From NCBI GenBank assembly GCA_031402635.1, contig JANNSM010000010.1:1-35683 (forward strand): 35,683 nucleotides of DNA, given 5' to 3'. The notes beneath the pieces are model-generated. The model searched no databases. It was not told the origin of the DNA and saw only the letters and a list, made by a program, of their open reading frames with translations. The DNA is from Bacteroidota bacterium. Its GTDB lineage: Bacteria; Bacteroidota; Bacteroidia; Chitinophagales; BACL12. The position numbers and the translations under genes were made by a program. Shown here in pieces: positions 29,039 through 35,683 of the stretch; positions within the stretch are counted from its first letter, which is position 1, and each line of letters starts with the position of its first letter.

Positions 29039-29371
29039 ACGTATTTGTTCAGCTATATTTTACCGGATTGTCTTCCAATGCTGTGCTCACTGCAACCTGC
29101 CTGGCAGAGGGACGTATGCCTTAGGGTCAGTCCTATTCCATATCTCCATGTTTTGCTACGAATACTTTATCAGTATAGCGCTGGAACATCTCCCGGCTGA
29201 ACCCAACAGTGTGGTAAAAACCGGGTTTCAGGAAATCTATGCGGCATTTTTATTTGTGCCAGAGTCTGTCTGGCCAGGTAAAATGGGCACCCCGGGAGCG
29301 CTAAATCAAACCGGTACCGGCCTTCAGATTGATGGGGAAATATCCAACCGGGATACCAATCCGGAGACGCT

Positions 29372-32056
29372 CTAAAAGGTCAAGCCCAATCCTGCATTGA
29401 CCTGACGAAATCCGCCAGGAAATATTCCGGAAGCCACTCTGTTCAAGCGGGAGGCGCGATAAATAACATTACTTATATTTTTTCCAGCAATAAAAAATTC
29501 CCAGGAAAGCTTCTCCCTGTTTAACTGGTAGTTGACTTGTGCGTCAACGGTTCCATAACCCGGCAATTTTCCGATAGACCCGTCTGCTGATTCTGTTTCG
29601 AAATTGGCATACTCTGCGTATTGAGCTGCCAGGTAATGGTATTCCAGTGCAGCCAAAAATCCGAGATAGCGGTAACTGAGTCGGGAATGAATACTAAACG
29701 GCGGGGTGTAAGGCGCATCGTAACCGGCAATACCATCCGTGCCAAAACGGAAAGCAATGGCGCTGATGTTTTCCAGATCACTCGCACTCACCGGAGCGGA
29801 CAAAGGCACTTCCTGACCGAAACCATCAAGCGTGTAGGCAGTGACTCCATTTTGGGTGTTGATCATGTTGACCAGTTCCTGGGCGGAAGCTGCAGAATGA
29901 GTTACCGCTGTGGCCAGTTCGCGGTCGCGGAGTTCACCGGAGAGAATTCGCGAACGCAAAAAGGTTGCATTAAAACTGAGCCCAATTTGATGCCTTGATT
30001 CACCAGCCAGCCGCGTAAGGTCGAAGTCAAGACCAGCTTCAGCGCCGGAGATCACCACCTGACCAAGCGATTGAAAAATTTCGCCACGGCCCGCCGCGTA
30101 AAAATTGCTGATGCGATTATGAAATCCTGTTAACTGACCGGAAATGGCCTGGTTGGCCAACGATCCCCGGAGGCCGGCCTCCAGATTGAGGCTGGTTTCT
30201 GGCTTCATATTGAGTTCCTGACCGGGTTGAGGCGCACTCACCACCCCGTTTTCCTGAACCAGAAACGCGAACTGATCATTGGGCGCAATGAAACCGCGGT
30301 AAATGCTTGTGAAAAAAGAGCCTTCATTCCGGACCCCTTCCGCAATTTCTAAATGACCAATCCGGATATTCATGGCAAGACCGGGGAGCAAAACATCATA
30401 GCGGTTACGGAATTCCGGTTGGTTGTCAGGGTTCTGCACAGGCTGCCGGGAAGTCGCCAAGAGATCTTTGCGAACCATATTTACGTGTTCAAACCGCAAC
30501 AAAGGCGTGAATTTGAAACGGCCTGTGCTCAGGGAATATTTAGCCCATAGCGCTGCGGCTAAAAGATCGTAGCGAAGGTCTGTCGTGTACTTGCCGCTTC
30601 TCGCCCATCGGGAAGAGTCATTCTGAAGTAATTGATCCAGGTAGATTTCCTGGTGAATGCGGCCTCCTGCAAGAAGTTCAGCATTCCAAATACCGTAATT
30701 CCAGTTTTTCTCCACCTGCTCCTGCATTCCGGCAAACGTATAATTCCACTTGCTGTCTGTGGTTGCTTCCCGGCCATTGATCACTTGCCCAACCCGAACA
30801 TAATCATCGGGACCCGTGGATAATTCGTCCAGATACCGGTAGCGATCCATGTAAATGGATTCTCCCAGGTAAGCCCGCGCCTCATCTACACGGACCAGTG
30901 CGACTTTTTGCTTCCACCAATCGCGGGCAAAGTCAGCACCGTAAACTTTGGTGGTAAAGCTCCAGCCTTCATTCGCGGCATACTTATGGATTACATCCAG
31001 GGAATATCGTCGCGACCGGAACTCATCGGCATCAAAAGGATTCTGCTCCGGGTCCGTTTCAAAGGTAAAAGGGGTCTGCGCCGACAGCGAGGCATTGTTG
31101 ACTTCCTGCTGGTATCCGAGCTTGAAATAGAAGCTCTGTTTTTTATCCAATTCAACATAAAACTTGGTATGGAGGTTGAAAATTTCAACACCGCTGTTAT
31201 CTATAAAACCATCAAAGCGCTTGTACAACACTTGCACATCGGCACCAAGTTGATTCCACGTGCCGCCGTATGCAGCTTGCGCCGTCGCGTACCCGCGTTG
31301 TCCGCCGCTGAGTTTCAGCATGACTTCCGGCTCGGCAGGCGGTCTGCGGCTGATATAGTTCACCACACCATACATATTATTAGGACCGTAGAGCAGTGTT
31401 TCAGCGCCCTTGATTACCCGGATGGCTTCAATTCGTTCAATGGGTGGGTTGTAGTAAGCACCCGGACCCAAATACGGTGCCGGAGCAATGTATGAACCGT
31501 CTTCCAGAAGCAGCACTTTGTACGATCGCCTTCCCCAAGAGCCGCGGATGGAAAGGTTTGGCCGGTTCGAAAGGCCCATATCCCCGATTACGTTTAGTCC
31601 CGGCACCTGTCTTAGGAGTTCTTCTGTACCCATGGATCGCGATTCGCGAACCAGGCGAGGAGAAAGGTAGGTGTTGGAACCCGCGTAGTTAGCCGTGTAG
31701 GACGCTGTTGCGGAACTCACCCTGATTTCATCCAGTTGATTTGCTGCCGGATTCATCGGGATATCACCTAAATCAAAAGACTGTCCGGGTTGAAGAACTC
31801 CATTGATTTGCCGCTCATCAAACCCCATGAAACGAAATCGCAGAGTATAAGTGCCTGCTTCCAGATTGTTGATCGCGAATCTTCCATCCGCATCCGTCAG
31901 TGCCCCTTTTCCATCGCCGAAGATTACGGCGACATCCATCAGAGGGTGTTGATCAGAACCATCCACAACCCTGCCGGAAACAGAACTGATCTGGCCGGAA
32001 ACAACACTGGCTAATCCCAACAAATAGGCGACGAGTGGAAATAATATACAACGCAT
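29372..32056 (-). CDS. TonB-dependent receptor with N-terminal carboxypeptidase-regulatory-like domain
   Basis: 894 aa. Signal peptide, then GRVVDGSDQHPLMDVAVIF...TYTLRFRFMGF (CarboxypepD_reg-like). Plug region follows. Beta-barrel ends ...NAGLGLTF with a terminal Phe. Confidence 0.88.
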   Translation of the reverse strand: MRCILFPLVAYLLGLASVVSGQISSVSGRVVDGSDQHPLMDVAVIFGDGKGALTDADGRFAINNLEAGTYTLRFRFMGFDERQINGVLQPGQSFDLGDIPMNPAANQLDEIRVSSATASYTANYAGSNTYLSPRLVRESRSMGTEELLRQVPGLNVIGDMGLSNRPNLSIRGSWGRRSYKVLLLEDGSYIAPAPYLGPGAYYNPPIERIEAIRVIKGAETLLYGPNNMYGVVNYISRRPPAEPEVMLKLSGGQRGYATAQAAYGGTWNQLGADVQVLYKRFDGFIDNSGVEIFNLHTKFYVELDKKQSFYFKLGYQQEVNNASLSAQTPFTFETDPEQNPFDADEFRSRRYSLDVIHKYAANEGWSFTTKVYGADFARDWWKQKVALVRVDEARAYLGESIYMDRYRYLDELSTGPDDYVRVGQVINGREATTDSKWNYTFAGMQEQVEKNWNYGIWNAELLAGGRIHQEIYLDQLLQNDSSRWARSGKYTTDLRYDLLAAALWAKYSLSTGRFKFTPLLRFEHVNMVRKDLLATSRQPVQNPDNQPEFRNRYDVLLPGLAMNIRIGHLEIAEGVRNEGSFFTSIYRGFIAPNDQFAFLVQENGVVSAPQPGQELNMKPETSLNLEAGLRGSLANQAISGQLTGFHNRISNFYAAGRGEIFQSLGQVVISGAEAGLDFDLTRLAGESRHQIGLSFNATFLRSRILSGELRDRELATAVTHSAASAQELVNMINTQNGVTAYTLDGFGQEVPLSAPVSASDLENISAIAFRFGTDGIAGYDAPYTPPFSIHSRLSYRYLGFLAALEYHYLAAQYAEYANFETESADGSIGKLPGYGTVDAQVNYQLNREKLSWEFFIAGKNISNVIYRASRLNRVASGIFPGGFRQVNAGLGLTF

Positions 32057-32112
32057 ATCAACTACAGCAAAATAACAAACATTCTTACCACAATCAAGTC
32101 TTTTGACAAAGA

Positions 32113-33654
32113 TCAGCGGCGGGGCTGCTTTACCGGAGTGAGTTTGCCGAGCAGCCAGGGACGCAGGTTCAGCAATTGGCGAAGGCGGTGGATGTGTTGT
32201 TCATCAGGCGAATTTGCTAACCCTGGTTCGGGTAGCGCAAAGGCCTCTGCCAGTTCAGCCAGCATATCGGGATTCCGGGGTCTCGGATACTGGTGAAGGG
32301 CTCCCCGGATGTGCTGCAATAACGTGTTGACCGGTTCCCATTGGAGCTTCCGGATCCGCATCCACTGGCGCACTTTTGGGAGGTAACTTTCAACGTATCG
32401 GTCATTTCGCATTTCGAAATGGGTCAACGTATAGAAAATCCTGGCCGACCATTGCAATTCCGGACTCAATCGGTCATCGCTCTGATGAACTACAGGGCTG
32501 AGCCATTCCAGGGCTTCGCTCCAGGAACGCTGAAAGAAGTAATGCCGGCCAATGCCATGCCGGATGATGATTTGCCACACTTCCGCGGTTTCATGACCAT
32601 TTTCCCGGAACTTTCGCTCCAACCGGTTAATCAGATCTGTTTGTTGTGCTGGAAGTAAAAACGGGTAGGCCTCAAGTTCCAAAGCTCTGGATCGCAACAG
32701 GGCAATGGGCTCGAGTGTTGACCGGTTTTTTATTTTTTCGCGCTCCAGAAAAACACGCATTTCTTCCGTGCAGACAAACAGCGCGCTGTAATCCCCTTTC
32801 TGCCCTTCAGAACTTGCCACGTTGCCGAGAGCAATTATATAATTCACGGGCCAGCGCTGAATGTATTCGGGGTTGTTTCGGTAGGTATTGAGGTAAGCCA
32901 GCCTGTTTCGATAATCCTCTGCCGGATTTCCGAGAAGCCCGTGGATTAGCCCGTTGAGGTTGTAGTGATAAAGGGTAAACTCCGTATCGTCAGGATACTT
33001 TAGTTCTTTAAGCAACGGGTGTTTGGCCAATTCCGCCAGCCATTCACGGCGCAGGGCGTTTGTATCATCGGCGCATCGCAACAACCAGGTAGCCTTGGAC
33101 TTGATCATATAGAGGTCCAGAAAATCGCCCGTTCGCTGCAATAAACCTGATTTGATTTCAGCATAATCCACCAACCTGGCTTGCAGCTCATCCAGGTTTT
33201 CTTCTCGCGTCAGCCTGTCGAGTTGCAGCGTCAGCACGATGAGCGAATAGGTGCCATTTCCTTTTTCAGCAGCTATTTTTTCTGCTTTGGCGAGTTGCCG
33301 TGAAGCCTGCGAAAAAAGCCGCTTGCCAAGCAGGATTTGCGCCCGGTTAATCAGGTGGAAAAACTGGGCATCGCCGTTTGCTTCGCGGTAATAATCCTCA
33401 AGGCTTTCCAGCAGTGATTTATAGAGATAATTCTTGATTCGCGAATACCGGTTTCGGTCTTTCAACTTTAGCCGCTTCATGGCAACGTCATCATCGGGTT
33501 GATCCTGGTTTTCCAACACACCAAATAGCAGCAGGAATTGGTTCTCCGGGCTTTTGGCCTTACCGGTATTCACGATCCGGAAATGCCGCTTTTCTGATGG
33601 CGTCATGGCCAAAATCAACTTGTGCAAATCAGAAGAGGGCTTGGTGGGACTCAT
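32113..33654 (-). CDS. hypothetical all-helical (TPR-like) protein, 513 aa
   Basis: ATG at 33652-33654 (MSPTKPSSDLHKLILAMTPSEKRHF). No catalytic or TM motif seen. 56 nt upstream of the receptor gene on the same strand. Confidence 0.65.
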   Translation of the reverse strand: MSPTKPSSDLHKLILAMTPSEKRHFRIVNTGKAKSPENQFLLLFGVLENQDQPDDDVAMKRLKLKDRNRYSRIKNYLYKSLLESLEDYYREANGDAQFFHLINRAQILLGKRLFSQASRQLAKAEKIAAEKGNGTYSLIVLTLQLDRLTREENLDELQARLVDYAEIKSGLLQRTGDFLDLYMIKSKATWLLRCADDTNALRREWLAELAKHPLLKELKYPDDTEFTLYHYNLNGLIHGLLGNPAEDYRNRLAYLNTYRNNPEYIQRWPVNYIIALGNVASSEGQKGDYSALFVCTEEMRVFLEREKIKNRSTLEPIALLRSRALELEAYPFLLPAQQTDLINRLERKFRENGHETAEVWQIIIRHGIGRHYFFQRSWSEALEWLSPVVHQSDDRLSPELQWSARIFYTLTHFEMRNDRYVESYLPKVRQWMRIRKLQWEPVNTLLQHIRGALHQYPRPRNPDMLAELAEAFALPEPGLANSPDEQHIHRLRQLLNLRPWLLGKLTPVKQPRR

Positions 33655-33800
33655 CAGTGAAATCAGACGGGTGTTTAATATCAGGTTAAATTCTATGAAA
33701 ACCAAGCTTTTAAGGGTAAAAACTGCCTGCTGGAAAGGTTTGATCCCGCAATATCACGGTCAGTCATGCAAGTCGGGTTCAAGAGGCTTAAAACGTGCAT

Positions 33801-33840
33801 TTATAAAAAGCCCCCGATCCTGGAAAACAGAACCGGGGGC
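33801..33840 (-). terminator. strong rho-independent terminator after the choice-of-anchor-I gene
   Basis: Minus strand: GCCCCCGGTTCTG TTTTC CAGGATCGGGGGC. 13-bp stem with two G-U pairs, followed by TTTTTAT. Confidence 0.75.
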
Positions 33841-33861
33841 GTAAGAGATAAAGCGGGCGAT

Positions 33862-35683
33862 TTATTGCCGGATCAGAGGAATTGACCGGACTTCATCCGG
33901 GGTTTGCACCTGCAGGAGATACGCTCCGGCTGGCAGAGCGCTGATATCCCAGCCGCCAACCAGCTCGGTGCTGTTCACCGGACCTCCAACCAGGCGGCCA
34001 TCCACGGAGAACAAACTGGCGGTAGTAGCCGTGGAAAGGTCACCCATCAGATAAATCCTGTCAGAAACGGGGTTCGGTGAAACCACTAAATCCTGCATCA
34101 GGCTTCCGGAAACCCTGGGAGCCGGATATACGAAGGTACCGAGTGCTGAGTACGCAGACGTGTCCTGCGCACAAGCTGCCCGGACTGACCAAGAGTAAGA
34201 TTCACCGGCAACAAACCCAAAGGCGGTCTTTTGGCTTATTGCAGAACCCAGCACTTTAGAGCCAGGAGCGCCGTCACGGGCAACCCGCAAACGATAACCG
34301 AACGCTCCGTTTACGTCAGACCAATCAAAGGCAACACCGCCGGGTGCCGGGAAAGTTACTTGCAAGTCTTTAGGAAGACCGCAGGAGCTGCCAAAACGAA
34401 ACACGCCAACCGTTCCGCTAACTTCATTGGAAACCGCCAGGAGTGCTTCGCCGGTAGGGCTTTCTTCGGCGCTGATATAAACCAACCCTTCAGGACCTAA
34501 ATCACCGGCGGTACCGGCTTCTGCATCACCGCTGAAATCACGGGAATTGGTGTATTGAACAAACACCGGTGCCGCGGGATCGGTTACATCGTAAACCATA
34601 ACGCCACCAATTCGCTCCAGGCCAATAAATGCGTAATTCCGATTGTTGTAAAGTCCGGTGGTAATACCTTCGGGCTCGGGGCCTTTGTTGTCTGACCTGT
34701 TTTCGAGCGAACCGTTTGCGTCGTTATTGGAGTTGAAGTCATCGGGAAAGGCATCTGCCGTGATTCGCTCAAAATCCTCACCGGAATCCCAGACAAGGCC
34801 ACCCTGAGCGTTATACACGCTGAAAGAGCGTGTTCCGAAGGAATACAGGGCATCGTAATCATTGTCGTTATCGGTATCCCCCAGCGTAGTGGTGATGTTT
34901 AGCCTGCCCAGATTGGTATTATCCCGGAGCGTTGCGCCATCAGGAAATGCGGTAGCATCCAGCGTTACATCGCGAACCCGCGCTTCTTCGCCAAAGGTGT
35001 CGTAATCACGTGCATCACCTTCGTTCGCCGTCAGGATAAATCCTTGACCGGATATACCGCGAGCAAAGGCAATTCCGTCGGGAAGAGGCATCCCCAGAAC
35101 CGGCCAATTGGCAATTTTGATGGAGTCATCTCGGTCACTGGCATCAATACCCTGCCCGGGCAGGTTGTGGTCAATAAAACCGAGGCCGCGAACACCTAAA
35201 AGTTGGGCATTCAGGATATCAATCAGGGCAAGGGCATTGTTTTCCTGGCAGACCACATAAGCAAAGCGACTGTTGTCAGCCACAGCGATGTATTCCGGTT
35301 CGAAATCCTGCGCCGTTGTGGCACCAGGTCCAAACAAACGCACCGAGGCGTCCAACGTTGCGGGGTTTACCGAACCGAAGCCAACGGTGGCAACCGTGGC
35401 AGAAGCCAATCCGGCGCGCAGATCTAAAATGGTAACACTGCCATCGGGGTCAATGGAATAATCGTCATTGGGCTCACCTTCATTGGCCACCAGCAGAAAA
35501 TTTCCATCTGGCGTAAAGGTCAGCATGTCCGGGAGAGCACCTGTCGAAACATGTCCCAGAAAGTTTCCGATTGCATCGGTAAATATCACCGAGCCGGCAT
35601 TGGTTTTTACGGTGTCTTCAACCGCAATGGCAACCAAACCATCTTTTATCGCCACACTATTGGGGTTGCCTGTGACCGGAATA
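33862..35683 (-). CDS. choice-of-anchor I family protein with T9SS C-terminal sorting domain (5'-truncated by window edge)
   Basis: Motifs NEGEPNDDY, ANEGDARDY, DNKGPEPEG and SNEVSGTVGVFRF fit the choice-of-anchor I / atypical phosphatase-like beta-propeller family as I recall it. An Ig/FN3-like segment and a T9SS CTD follow (VSPNPVSDRIYL...AGAYLLQVQT). The frame stays open to 35683, so the track GTG at 35655 is not the start. Confidence 0.8.
   Translation of the reverse strand, partial: IPVTGNPNSVAIKDGLVAIAVEDTVKTNAGSVIFTDAIGNFLGHVSTGALPDMLTFTPDGNFLLVANEGEPNDDYSIDPDGSVTILDLRAGLASATVATVGFGSVNPATLDASVRLFGPGATTAQDFEPEYIAVADNSRFAYVVCQENNALALIDILNAQLLGVRGLGFIDHNLPGQGIDASDRDDSIKIANWPVLGMPLPDGIAFARGISGQGFILTANEGDARDYDTFGEEARVRDVTLDATAFPDGATLRDNTNLGRLNITTTLGDTDNDNDYDALYSFGTRSFSVYNAQGGLVWDSGEDFERITADAFPDDFNSNNDANGSLENRSDNKGPEPEGITTGLYNNRNYAFIGLERIGGVMVYDVTDPAAPVFVQYTNSRDFSGDAEAGTAGDLGPEGLVYISAEESPTGEALLAVSNEVSGTVGVFRFGSSCGLPKDLQVTFPAPGGVAFDWSDVNGAFGYRLRVARDGAPGSKVLGSAISQKTAFGFVAGESYSWSVRAACAQDTSAYSALGTFVYPAPRVSGSLMQDLVVSPNPVSDRIYLMGDLSTATTASLFSVDGRLVGGPVNSTELVGGWDISALPAGAYLLQVQTPDEVRSIPLIRQ

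Noticed and set aside
30908-31495. 195-aa plus-strand ORF (and other plus-strand ORFs) inside the TonB-dependent receptor gene
   Set aside because: It is antisense to a continuous 894-aa receptor frame that has a signal peptide and a terminal Phe.

Overview
This 35.7-kb window looks like Bacteroidota chromosome. The last gene carries a T9SS C-terminal sorting domain, there are lipobox lipoproteins, and the -7 boxes are of the TAnnTTTG type. All family calls come from motifs read by eye; no search tool was run.

The backbone is about 55-60% GC (a sample 60-nt line at 5041 counts 60%). Left of the island it carries fumC, a crotonase, the mutA-mutB-meaB methylmalonyl-CoA mutase operon, a serine hydrolase, gltX, a NodB deacetylase, a TatD hydrolase, tRNA-Ser(GGA) and a membrane metallophosphoesterase. 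Right of the island it carries tRNA-Pro(CGG), a GluQ-like ligase, a BKACE enzyme and an HSL-type esterase. A minus-strand locus follows: a T9SS choice-of-anchor-I protein, an unknown 513-aa protein and a TonB-dependent receptor.

Between about 13.9 and 25.7 kb lies an AT-rich mosaic (sample lines count 15% and 38% GC) with no integrase or transposase. It contains:
- a TPR membrane protein broken by a 32-bp duplication;
- a katG cassette of backbone-like GC (sample lines 53-57%);
- a 51-aa lmo0937-type ORF that is missing from the ORF track;
- an AraC regulator, a soluble PAS hybrid histidine kinase with REC and Hpt domains, and a stand-alone REC protein;
- an OM beta-barrel protein, a ytxH/holin-like/unknown operon, and a csbD/lipoprotein operon.

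The main result is five 62-bp promoter modules of identical geometry. Each has two copies of a 12-mer (about rAATnATGTAAs) exactly 21 bp apart, then exactly 20 nt, then an nnAnyTTTr -7-like box, 28-39 nt before a start codon. They precede the araC operon, lmo0937, the OMP gene, ytxH and csbD, but not katG. This suggests a self-contained, autoregulated stress regulon.

The island's right edge coincides exactly with a 17-bp direct repeat of the tRNA-Pro 3' end. A 176-bp GC-rich block of interlocked hairpins separates that repeat from the tRNA.
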